Source of the DNA: Gemmatimonadales bacterium
Lineage (GTDB): Bacteria; Gemmatimonadota; Gemmatimonadetes; Gemmatimonadales; GWC2-71-9
Direction: 5' to 3'
DNA length: 64,000 nt
Assembly: GCA_039794085.1 (NCBI GenBank)
Contig: JBDIWC010000004.1
Coordinates: 1-64,000, forward strand
Each line of letters begins with the position of its first letter. The stretch's first letter is position 1. Below are positions 50,954 through 59,939 of the stretch, piece by piece. A program made the translations under genes and the position numbers. The notes below the pieces were generated by a model. That model worked only from the letters and a program-made list of their open reading frames with translations. It ran no database searches and had not been told where the DNA came from.

Positions 50954-51445
50954 ATGAAAACGATGCATCTGTGGGCCGGAGCCATTGCCCTCGCCGCCGT
51001 GATCCCCACCCCCGCGTCCGCGCAGCGCGTCCGTGCCGACGTGATCGTCGCCACGGGTCCCGTCGCAGCCCGGGTCGCGATCGGGTCGCCCCGGGTTTAC
51101 GAACGGGTCATCGTGCATTCGCCCCGCCGGCTCAAGGTCCAGCGCTATCGTGCCGATCATCGGTATGACCATCGGGTTATTCGGGAAGTGGTGTACTACG
51201 ATCCCCACCGGGACCGGTTCTACGATGGCTACCGGAGCGGTTTCCACCGGGTGGAGGTGTATCGGGTCGGTGGCAGGTACTACCGTCACTGGGATCGGCG
51301 GGAATGGACCCGGTATGAGCGGCGCCACGATCGCTACGACCGCCGGGATCGTTACGATGATCGCCACGATGATCGCCGATTCGACCGGGATGACCGTCGA
51401 GGCGACCGCCGGGATGGTCGAGACCGGGCTCGGCGCCGGAACTGA
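50954..51445 (+). CDS. Secreted Arg/Asp/Tyr-rich low-complexity protein
   Basis: AAGGAG RBS; signal peptide ending ASA-Q; (DRR/DDR)n tail. Confidence 0.8.
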   Translation: MKTMHLWAGAIALAAVIPTPASAQRVRADVIVATGPVAARVAIGSPRVYERVIVHSPRRLKVQRYRADHRYDHRVIREVVYYDPHRDRFYDGYRSGFHRVEVYRVGGRYYRHWDRREWTRYERRHDRYDRRDRYDDRHDDRRFDRDDRRGDRRDGRDRARRRN

Positions 51446-51515
51446 CGAGGAGGAGACCCACGGCCGGAGGACGCATCTCCGGTCGCCCCGGTGCGGGGGC
51501 ACCGGGAACACATCT

Positions 51516-51700
51516 GAGCCGACGGCCCCGCCTCTTCGGGGCTCTGATCCCCACCTGTTGGCTCATAAACCCTGGCGCCCCGCCGGGGTTCGAACGACCT
51601 CTCCGGAGGTCGTTTGTCTTTCGGAAGTTGGAGGTTGGAAGTTTGAAGTTGGAAGGAGGAATCAGAATGACCACTTCGCACCCTTCGAACTTCGAACTTC
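51516..51700. terminator. Cluster of hairpins plus inverted GAAGTT(G/T)/CTTCGAA heptamers between convergent genes
   Basis: GAGCCGAC...GTTGGCTC, AACCCTGGCG...CGCCGGGGTT, AACGACCTC...GAGGTCGTT. Confidence 0.6.
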
Positions 51701-54284
51701 AAGACGGCGTGAGGACGATTGTCAGGTTGGAAACGGTGTCGCCGTCGCGATCGGGGCGGAGCACGAAGGTGGCCTGGGTGGCGGTGGCGCCGAGCGCGGC
51801 GAGGGACTCCGGGTCGGCGAGGGCGTCGTAGCGTCCGGGCCGGATTCCCATGGCGTAGAAGGATCCATCGGTGAACGTGAGGAGGGAGTAGACTCCCCCC
51901 GTATCACGGTTTCTGAGGAGGACCCGGACTCCCGCAACGCCCGTGGGCCCCACCGGTGTGCTCCGCGTCACCCGTCCCTCGACCACTCCGCCCGGGAGCA
52001 CGGGGATGTCGACAGCCCGGTACCCGTTCGGTGCCGCTTCAACGCTCGCGGACGAGAAGGCCGGGGTCCAGAGCGGAGACGGGAGGGAAAGGGAGTCGAC
52101 CACGAGGAGCGTCGGCTCCCACGGCGTGAGATCCCAGGCCCGGTATTGACCCCGGGAATCGGTCGTGACGGACCGGAATCCGACGCGGACCCGGACGCCC
52201 GGGAGGCCTTCCTCCCCCGGGTCGAGGGCGCCGTTGCCGTTCAGGTCGAGAAAGACTCGTCCCGCCACGCCGGCGCGTTCCACCGATGGGTTGGTGGCAA
52301 AGCTGACGGCCCGGGACGAGCGGGCCTGCATCGAGCCCTGGATGAAGTGAGATCCCGAGGTGCCGGTCTCGGTGGAGGTGACCACATTGGTGGAGCGGAA
52401 TCCGGGCAGTTCGGTCGTGAGGGTCATGGCCAGTGCCGTTCCGGTTTCCCGGCGCCAGGAGATGCCGGTCTCTATCCGCCACCGCGCGAAGGAGCGGGAC
52501 ACGAACCCGGCCAGGGTCCGGACTCGGCTGGTTCCGTCGGTTTCGACCGTGGCGCGGGAGGTGAGCGCACCCAGGATCGGGCCCAGGGAGGGAGAACCGA
52601 GTGTGATCGTGTTGAGGCTCAACACGGTGCGGGTCGCCGAGGGTGCCCCGCTGGCCGCGCTCCGTTCCAGCCGCACGGCGGGGAGGAATCGGGTTCCCCC
52701 CGACTGGGCCGAAAAGCCGAGGCGGAGGCCTTCGGTGCGGCCCTCGATCCCCGTGGTCCGGTCATAACTCCCCTCGACGAACACCGCCTCCCACGAGGCG
52801 ACGGGTCGGAAGAAGGCCTGCGCCGTCCACTGGCTCCGGCGTCCCTCCGGGGTGAGGAGAGGATCGACCACCTCGTCGTCGAACGTGGCGGCCTCGACGG
52901 AGAGTCGGAGCTCGGTGGAGGGCTCATAGCTGACCTGCCCCCGGGTGAAGGCATCCTGAACCACCTCCCCCCGGAGGCCGAGGGCTCCGAAACTTCCGGT
53001 GACGGCGGCGTAGGGATGAATGAGGTCGGCCAGGGTGTCGCGCGAGAAGTGATCCAGACCGGCCTGGAGGGACCAGCGGGGGCTCAGGCCATAGCGAAGG
53101 TCGACATTCCCGGTGAGGTCGCATCGGTCGGTGCGGCAGGCCCCGAGGGAGGCCCCATACTCGAAGCGTCGGGACGGCAGCTGATCGTGCAGGACGCGGT
53201 ACGTCTGGTTGAACTCGCGGATTTCACCGAAGGGACCGTAGGCGACGAAGTCCACCGGGTTCTCGCCGTACTGAATCGGGACGTCGACGGAGAACTGGCC
53301 CAGGGCGTTCACCGAATCGTAGGATACGAGACGGCCTCCGCGATACGCTTCGACCTGCCACCCGGGACCCAAGACCCCGGCGAAGGGGATGCTGCCGATG
53401 CCGGGGTCGCGCAGGTAGGGGGCGTTGGTCACCGAGATCCCTCGGCTGGATCGGGCGCGAGGACCGGTGGCGAAGGCGTCACCCACCTTGAGCTGCGTCA
53501 GGTAGCGGTTGTCTCTCCACACCCCGGACCAGTTGGCTTCGGTCCGGATACCGCGGGACTGCTGGTTGGCCAGGGACAAGCGGAAGGATCCCCCGAGAAC
53601 GCCCACGCCGAGTCCCGCGCTCCAGGCCCCGGTCTGGAAGAGATCCTCCGAGGGGGTGAGGACCGAGTAGTCGAGAACGACCCCCCCGATTCCTGACCGG
53701 TCGACATCGAGCGTGAGGTCGGGGGATACCCCGTCCTGGCCCCCGGTGAACGAGCGCCGGAGCTGCTCCCGGCGCATCCGCCGTCCCACCGGCAGCTTGT
53801 CGGGATCGAGCACGGTGACCTGCAATGCGGCCCAATCGACATCGATGGCCACCCCCAGCGCACGGGCCAGGACCGCGGCGTCCAGGAAGAGCTCTCCCCC
53901 TTGCCATCCCGACTGCCGGGCCGACACGGGGATCCGGGTCCGGCCCACAGTGAGCATGGAATCACTCAGGGAGTACCGCCCCTCGGTGTTCCCGGGTTGG
54001 AGTGTGAAGGTGACGATCCCGTCCGGCGCCAGGCGATAGTGGATCTCCGCCAGGGTGAAGAACACCGAGGTGGGAAGCAACGCCATGTCGTCGATGCGGT
54101 GGGCCTGGACGACCGCTCCGAGGAGGCGCCCGAACTGCAACTGGATGATGGCCGGGTCCTCGGGCAGCGAATCGCCCGGTGCAGGCAGGGTATCACGGAT
54201 GGGCGCCGGGACGGCATCGGCGCGCCGGGGGGCGGCGATGGCGCACAGGACCATCCACGGGAGAACCAGCCAGCGGCGTCGCAT
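51699..54284 (-). CDS. Usher-like outer-membrane protein with C-terminal SdrD-B/carboxypeptidase-regulatory-like domains
   Basis: Signal peptide; amphipathic beta strands; plug-like WQVEAYRGG..GQFSVDVPIQYGEN; GRVFLDLNGNG..DPGE. Confidence 0.72.
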   Translation of the reverse strand: MRRRWLVLPWMVLCAIAAPRRADAVPAPIRDTLPAPGDSLPEDPAIIQLQFGRLLGAVVQAHRIDDMALLPTSVFFTLAEIHYRLAPDGIVTFTLQPGNTEGRYSLSDSMLTVGRTRIPVSARQSGWQGGELFLDAAVLARALGVAIDVDWAALQVTVLDPDKLPVGRRMRREQLRRSFTGGQDGVSPDLTLDVDRSGIGGVVLDYSVLTPSEDLFQTGAWSAGLGVGVLGGSFRLSLANQQSRGIRTEANWSGVWRDNRYLTQLKVGDAFATGPRARSSRGISVTNAPYLRDPGIGSIPFAGVLGPGWQVEAYRGGRLVSYDSVNALGQFSVDVPIQYGENPVDFVAYGPFGEIREFNQTYRVLHDQLPSRRFEYGASLGACRTDRCDLTGNVDLRYGLSPRWSLQAGLDHFSRDTLADLIHPYAAVTGSFGALGLRGEVVQDAFTRGQVSYEPSTELRLSVEAATFDDEVVDPLLTPEGRRSQWTAQAFFRPVASWEAVFVEGSYDRTTGIEGRTEGLRLGFSAQSGGTRFLPAVRLERSAASGAPSATRTVLSLNTITLGSPSLGPILGALTSRATVETDGTSRVRTLAGFVSRSFARWRIETGISWRRETGTALAMTLTTELPGFRSTNVVTSTETGTSGSHFIQGSMQARSSRAVSFATNPSVERAGVAGRVFLDLNGNGALDPGEEGLPGVRVRVGFRSVTTDSRGQYRAWDLTPWEPTLLVVDSLSLPSPLWTPAFSSASVEAAPNGYRAVDIPVLPGGVVEGRVTRSTPVGPTGVAGVRVLLRNRDTGGVYSLLTFTDGSFYAMGIRPGRYDALADPESLAALGATATQATFVLRPDRDGDTVSNLTIVLTPS

Positions 54285-54288
54285 CGGA

Positions 54289-55120
54289 TCAGGGGAGGCG
54301 GAGGGTCCAGCGGTGGAGGACGGGCTCCGCAGGCAGGGGAACCTCGCGGGGGAGGTCGGCCCGTTCCGTGGCGAACTCCAGCTCCAGCACATACCCTCCG
54401 GGGGCGAGGCCGACGACGGGCAGCGTGATCCGCGGAGAAAGATCCCGATAGACCGCGATCGGCGTGCTGAGGGTACCGATCGTGGCGCCCGCCGAGTTGC
54501 GCAGGGCCCCCCGAATGGTTCCGAGCCAGGCCCCGCTGCCTCTTTGCCGGAGCGCCGGCCGGAGCACGAGGGAATCCCCCTCGACCGACCATGATCCGTC
54601 CGCCACGGCGAGGCGGGTGACCACCGTACCCTTCCGGTACAGAATGGGAAGGAGGGTCCGGACTTCCATCGTGAGCCCGACCGTGATCCCCGAGCTGTCA
54701 CCCACGCCGGACACCGGCACGCTCCCCCCGCGGGCGGTCACCAGCAACCGGGCCCAGTATTCACCGTCGGCCAGGGTGGCTGGCGGGCGTCCCAGCAGCC
54801 GCACAGTTTGCCGCTGACCCGGGGCCACCCGAAGCCGGCGTGGGAAGGCCTGGATCCATCCAGCCGCCGTGGGCCAGGTGGAATCGGGCTGTTCCGGAGA
54901 GTAGAGCTGGAGGTTCCCGAGGGAGTCGGAAATCGGGACCCCGAAGAGCGTGGAGATCTCGACTTCGGCCGCCTCGGTGCCCGGGTTGTAGAGCTCGATG
55001 GCGGTACCCCGTGCCCGGTGATTGATCACGATCTGGTGGGGGGCAATGAGAACGCCTTGGGAGTGGACCGGCTCAGTCGGTGTTGCGAGGGGGGCGAGCC
55101 CGAGGGCGAGCGCGATCCGG
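54289..55120 (-). CDS. PapD-like periplasmic pilus chaperone (start approximate)
   Basis: VLIAPHQIV..LYNPG, FPRRLRVAPGQRQTVRL, DGEYWARL. Confidence 0.78.
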
Positions 55121-55121
55121 A

Positions 55122-55586
55122 TCAGAAGACGGTGACGGTCAGCAGAGCCGTGGCGGTGTAGGCGCCCGGCGCCTGGGTTCCGGCCGGCGTCACACGCCCG
55201 CCAAGAAAGATGAAGAATCGTCCGCTGGTGATGAGGCGGAAGTTCTGAGCGGCCTGGGGATTGAAGGTGACCGGTGTTGCCCCGGGAGCGTCGCTCACTG
55301 CGATGGCATCGTTGTTCCCGAAGGTGACCGGCATCTGGTTGCCCCCGGAGGCCGTCAGCTGGGTGGGCAGGGTCAACCGAACCCGAACCCGGTCCCCCTG
55401 TTGGGCCGAGACCTCCCACATTCCGCTTCGAACGGGATCCGATGGTGAAACGATGGTCTGGATTCCGGGAATGACATTCCCAAACGCCAGGTCGCGGACT
55501 CCGACCACGCCGACTTGCGCCCGGAGCGATCCGGCGGTACAAGTCAGAAAGAGGACGAGAAACGGGAAGCGTGGTGCCCATGGCAT
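55122..55586 (-). CDS. Pilin-like subunit (DUF4402/spore coat U-like), minor
   Basis: Signal peptide; DLAFG; Q.PGAYT..LTVTVF C-terminus; paralog of 55664-56146. Confidence 0.75.
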   Translation of the reverse strand: MPWAPRFPFLVLFLTCTAGSLRAQVGVVGVRDLAFGNVIPGIQTIVSPSDPVRSGMWEVSAQQGDRVRVRLTLPTQLTASGGNQMPVTFGNNDAIAVSDAPGATPVTFNPQAAQNFRLITSGRFFIFLGGRVTPAGTQAPGAYTATALLTVTVF

Positions 55587-55663
55587 TCAGGTCTCCAGGC
55601 TGGGGCGCGGTCACGCCGGACAAAGATAGTCCTTGCCGGCGCGACGCGATCCCGAGCGGTGGC

Positions 55664-56146
55664 TCAGTAGATCACCGTGAGGGTGACGGTGCCCGTGTAG
55701 GTGCCGAGCGCCTGAGCGGCCCCGGGGCTTACCGTGGCCCCAATGAAGACGAACAGGTTCCCGCCAGCGCTCGTCGTGGCAGGAGTGTTCCCGCCCGACG
55801 GAGTGAAGCCCGTGCCGGTGGCGCTGTTCGTGGTGTTCCAGTTCCCGGTCCAGGATCCGATCGGGAGGTTGTTGCCGCCATTGGTGAGGTTGGCCGGCAG
55901 CGTGAAGCTCATGTTGACCCCGGTGCTCGGGGAGCCGGTGACGTCGAAACGGCCCGCCGCCGCGTTGGTCGCGTCAATCGTGGACGGGACCCCCTGAATG
56001 ACGTTACCGAAGTCGAGATCCTGAGCACCCGCGACCGTGATCGGTACCTGGACGTTGGCGGTCACGTTGATGGTCTGGGCCCCGGCCGTCCCCGCCAGAC
56101 TCAAGAATCCGGCGAGGAGTACCGACACTGTCTTCATGGAACGCAT
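55664..56146 (-). CDS. Pilin-like subunit (DUF4402/spore coat U-like), probable major
   Basis: Signal peptide; alternating TINVTANV N-terminal strand; DLDFG; GTYTGTVTLTVIY. Confidence 0.8.
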   Translation of the reverse strand: MRSMKTVSVLLAGFLSLAGTAGAQTINVTANVQVPITVAGAQDLDFGNVIQGVPSTIDATNAAAGRFDVTGSPSTGVNMSFTLPANLTNGGNNLPIGSWTGNWNTTNSATGTGFTPSGGNTPATTSAGGNLFVFIGATVSPGAAQALGTYTGTVTLTVIY

Positions 56147-56233
56147 TGCTTGTCTCCGTTGTTGTGGTTGATGGTTTCAGGTTGCTCTTGTTGGACATCG
56201 GGGGAGGTGACGCTCCCACGCAACAGCGGAGCA

Positions 56234-56249
56234 AGCAATCGGCATGCCA
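56234..56249 (-). promoter_or_regulatory. Sigma54 promoter of the pilus operon
   Basis: TGGCAT-GCCGA-TTGCT on the minus strand, about 90 bp upstream of the pilin. Confidence 0.8.
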
Positions 56250-56352
56250 CGCAGGAGATTGCATTGTCTGGTGTCGCAATACCCTGCGAACCTTGACGGG
56301 AGGCATTGGCGTAAGTCATTAGCATAATTGCTGTTATGTCGGTTTTTCACTG

Positions 56353-56790
56353 GTGTCGCATATTTGGCCAGAGACCGGGGTGTCCGTGACCAGACAATCA
56401 GCTTCCTTCGCATGGTGCGGCACCGTCGGAAACGGGAATGCGGCGGTCGGAATCGCGCTCCTTCTCGTCGGGCTGATCCTTGGGCCCGAGGCGGTCGCAG
56501 CACAGGGCCGTCTCGAGGCTCGGGCCACGGTGATATCCGCCTCCGCCGCGCGGGAAGGGCTCACCCTCTCGGACTCGGTCACCCGGGTCGGCTTCACGAC
56601 GGACACTTCGATCACCAGGCGGAGAGTCGACGGTCCCCTCACCTCCCTCTTCTGGTATCCCGCTGCAGTCCAGCTGCAGGAACACCCTCTCTCCGCCCCC
56701 CATCCCGTCCGAACCGACCTCGTGAGCTCTCCCCGCCCCCGGACAGCCCGGGTGGCTCGCGTCCTGGAAATCCACTACCTTCGGAACTGA
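56353..56790 (+). CDS. Hypothetical secreted protein, divergent from the pilus operon (start uncertain)
   Basis: Hydrophobic signal ending VAA-Q; QGRLEARATV N-terminus; LEIHYLRN C-terminus. Confidence 0.55.
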   Translation: MSHIWPETGVSVTRQSASFAWCGTVGNGNAAVGIALLLVGLILGPEAVAAQGRLEARATVISASAAREGLTLSDSVTRVGFTTDTSITRRRVDGPLTSLFWYPAAVQLQEHPLSAPHPVRTDLVSSPRPRTARVARVLEIHYLRN

Positions 56791-56850
56791 TCGTGACCGG
56801 CCGCCCGGTGGTTCTGGCGGCTCCCTGTCCCCATCCGTTCCGAGTCGAAA

Positions 56851-57336
56851 ATGCACGCCCGTACATTCATCTCCGTCACGCTGCCTTTCCTGCTGGTGGC
56901 TCCCCCCGCTCGTGATGCCCTCGCCCAGCAGACGCCCGACCTGTCGGGTCGATGGGTGCTCGACGTGGCCCGCAGCAATTTTGGCGACGCGCCCGGTCCC
57001 GTGGCCCAGATGGATGAGATCGACCAGGTCGGCACCACGCTGACGATTCATCGAACTCGCGACATCGGGGAGGGTCCGGTTCCCTCCCGCTTCGTCTATC
57101 AGATCGGGGGAGACGCCACCCGGCACGAGGTCGGGGGTCAGATCACGATGACGACCACCCGGTGGGATGGTTCGGTGCTCCAGCTCCACTCCGTGATCCA
57201 GATGCCCGACGCGCAGGCCGAGGTGTTGGACCGGATGAGCCTCTCCGCCGACCGGTCGCAGCTGACGATTCAGCGCACCATCCGGATCGCCGGAATGGCG
57301 GAGGTGGCGCAGACCCTCGTCATGACCCGGCATTGA
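56851..57336 (+). CDS. Hypothetical secreted lipocalin-like beta-barrel protein
   Basis: Signal peptide; PDLSGRWVLD..RS; LSADRSQLTI. Confidence 0.78.
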   Translation: MHARTFISVTLPFLLVAPPARDALAQQTPDLSGRWVLDVARSNFGDAPGPVAQMDEIDQVGTTLTIHRTRDIGEGPVPSRFVYQIGGDATRHEVGGQITMTTTRWDGSVLQLHSVIQMPDAQAEVLDRMSLSADRSQLTIQRTIRIAGMAEVAQTLVMTRH

Positions 57337-59921
57337 CCGACGGGATCCGGATCCCTCCCCGGGATCATCACCTTCCCCCCGATCCTGACGCCTATCGCAC
57401 CTCGCGGGGCCCCCGAGGCCGCGTCATCGTCATCGCCCCGACCCGGGCCGCGTGCGAAACCATCGAGCTCGCCCTGGGCTCCGACCGCGAGACGGTTCTC
57501 TCCCGCGACCATGGCGAGACCCTCGAGACATGGAGCCGGGCCGGGACGCCCTTCGGCATCGTGGCGGGCACCGGGACGGGGAAGACCCTCGGCATCCGGC
57601 TGATCGCCCAGGCGTGGTTGGGGGAGAGTCTGGTGTACGGTGTCGTGAACCGGGAACGGGAGGCGACTCCGGACACCCCCTCCTGGAACGTGGTGGTGGT
57701 CACGACCGGCATCGCCCGGCGGTGGCTCCAGGATGACCTCATCACCGGTCACGACACCCTGATCGTGGACGAGATCCACCAGACCTCGGCGGAGCTGGAG
57801 CTCTGTCTCGCTCTGGGGAAGCGGGTCGGATGCCGGTTCGTCTGGCTCAGCGCCACGGTGGATCCCGCCTTTTATTCCCGGTATCTCGGCAGCCGGGAGG
57901 TTCTCCTCACCAGCGCCTTCGATCCCGAGCGTCGCGCACGGGTGGATGTGATGCCTCAGCAACCGGAGGAGTTTCTCGACGACCGGACCATCCGGCGGTT
58001 CATTCGAGAGCGCCGGGGAGTGGCGGTGTTCGTCCCGACCCGCGCGGAGGTGGAGCGGCTGGCCAGCGACCTGCAGGCCCGGTGGCCCCGGTTGCACAGC
58101 GCCTTCTACCATGGGGGACAGCCGATCCGGATCATCCGTCCCTTTCTGACGGGCGAGGTGGAGCGCCCCTACCTGCTGGCCATGACGGCGGCGGGCCAAT
58201 CGGCCTTGAACCTTCCCGATCTCGACACGGTGGTCATCTACGACGCGCGGTACGGCAACGTGGTGGAGCGTGGGCGCAATGTTCTGCACCGGCTCTACCT
58301 CGGCGCCAACGAAATCCTGCAGATGGCGGGCCGGGTGCATGGCCGGGTGGAGGGGGGGATCGTCACGATCCTGTCCGACCGGGATCTCGATTTCGATTCC
58401 TTGCGCCCGACACCGCCGGAATTCCAGCTCGCGGGGGACGCCGAACGGGTGGCCCTGACCTGTGCCGCGATCGGCGTGGATGCCACGGACCTCGATCTGC
58501 CGGTCCCCCTGGACCGGGCGGCGTATCGGAATGCGGTGACGCGGCTTACCGAGCGGGGCATCGTGTCCGAGGGTCGGCTGACGGAGTATGGACACGCGGT
58601 GGAGGCGATGCCGGTGGAGCGTCCCTGGGCCGAACTGCTGGTGCAGGCCCGGGGGGAGATCCTTCCGGTCGTCGCGGTGGTGGCGAACGTGGACTCGCTG
58701 CATCGGATGACCCGCGACGACCGGGACCTGACGGGGGTGGTGGTCAAGGGGAGCGACCACCTCACGACCTACAACCTCTACGCCGAGGCCTTGAACCGCC
58801 ATGGACGGGTGGGCGAAGTCTACGGGCTGCCCCGGCACCTCTTCTCGGAGGAGATGGAGGCGTGGGCGGAGGAACGCGGGGTGCTGGTGAAGGCGATCGA
58901 GGACATCGCCCTGGGAGTGGCGAGTGTGTACCGCTCCCTTGAATTGCCGCTCCCGCCCACGATGGCCTATGTGAGCCGGGATCATCGCGAAGCCTGGGCG
59001 GAGCTGCTCGCTCAGGTGATGCCCCTCGACCTGGCGATCGACGAACGTCTGGCGGACGGGACCGAGGCCCGTGTGGGGAAGACCTCGGTGGCGGGAAGTT
59101 GGGGGCCGGTGGCGGGCACGGTGCGGTTCTTTGCCGACCGGTTCGGTCATGCCCGTGCCTCCATCGACGGTACGACACTGGAGTACGCCCGCATCCGCCG
59201 CCATGCCGTCCGGTCGGAGGCGATCCTGGAGGTCATGGGAATGCGATCCCATCAGCAACTGGGGATCCGCCGCACGATCACCTATCATGGGTTTGAACTG
59301 GAAAGTGTGGTGGAGCCGGTGCGCGGCGCTCTGTCGCCGGAGCAGCGGGCCACCCTCCCCGATGTGCTTGCCCGGGCGCTGGTGAACGGCGAGACCGCCC
59401 ACCCTGACCAGGGGGCGATCCGGAGGGCGCTCAAGGATCTGCGGGATCTCCATGCCCGGTCGGGGGGAACGTTGAGCGCGGCGGCCCCCGAAGCCCTGGT
59501 GGAGAGGATTCGGTCACAGCTCCAGGGCGTGACCGGGTGGCCGCATTTTCTGAAGACCCGGATTGTCTTCGATCCCGTGCAGATCGTGCCAGACGACCTA
59601 CGGGAGGAATTCCGGGCCCTGCCCAGTGCGGTCCGCCTCCGGGGAGACATGGTTCCCCTCGTCTACCGCTTCCACTCCGGGGAACCGGTGGTCGTTCTCC
59701 AGCTCCGCGAGGGGCAGGTGCGCCAACTCACCCTGGCGGAGATCCCCCCGCTGGACCGTCCTCTCCGATTTGCGGTGTCGCGAAGCCATGCCCCCGACCT
59801 CGAGGCCGATACCCTTCCGGCCCTGCGGGACCTTCTCTCCCGTGAACGAAATCCGAAGGAACGGGTCCGGTCCGGCAAGGGACGACGCACCGACCGGCGT
59901 CCCCCCCGTCGTCGTCGCTGA
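57333..59921 (+). CDS. SF2 DEAH-type helicase (HrpB-like)
   Basis: AGTGTGKT, DEIH, LSAT, FVPTRAE, QMAGRVHGR. Confidence 0.87.
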   Translation: MTDGIRIPPRDHHLPPDPDAYRTSRGPRGRVIVIAPTRAACETIELALGSDRETVLSRDHGETLETWSRAGTPFGIVAGTGTGKTLGIRLIAQAWLGESLVYGVVNREREATPDTPSWNVVVVTTGIARRWLQDDLITGHDTLIVDEIHQTSAELELCLALGKRVGCRFVWLSATVDPAFYSRYLGSREVLLTSAFDPERRARVDVMPQQPEEFLDDRTIRRFIRERRGVAVFVPTRAEVERLASDLQARWPRLHSAFYHGGQPIRIIRPFLTGEVERPYLLAMTAAGQSALNLPDLDTVVIYDARYGNVVERGRNVLHRLYLGANEILQMAGRVHGRVEGGIVTILSDRDLDFDSLRPTPPEFQLAGDAERVALTCAAIGVDATDLDLPVPLDRAAYRNAVTRLTERGIVSEGRLTEYGHAVEAMPVERPWAELLVQARGEILPVVAVVANVDSLHRMTRDDRDLTGVVVKGSDHLTTYNLYAEALNRHGRVGEVYGLPRHLFSEEMEAWAEERGVLVKAIEDIALGVASVYRSLELPLPPTMAYVSRDHREAWAELLAQVMPLDLAIDERLADGTEARVGKTSVAGSWGPVAGTVRFFADRFGHARASIDGTTLEYARIRRHAVRSEAILEVMGMRSHQQLGIRRTITYHGFELESVVEPVRGALSPEQRATLPDVLARALVNGETAHPDQGAIRRALKDLRDLHARSGGTLSAAAPEALVERIRSQLQGVTGWPHFLKTRIVFDPVQIVPDDLREEFRALPSAVRLRGDMVPLVYRFHSGEPVVVLQLREGQVRQLTLAEIPPLDRPLRFAVSRSHAPDLEADTLPALRDLLSRERNPKERVRSGKGRRTDRRPPRRRR

Positions 59922-59939
59922 CCGGGCCCCCACTCCGGG

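Noticed and set aside
51580..51600. GGTTCGAA as a tRNA T-loop (also TCGAATCCC near 62040)
   Set aside because: No cloverleaf can be built; the second lies inside a CDS.
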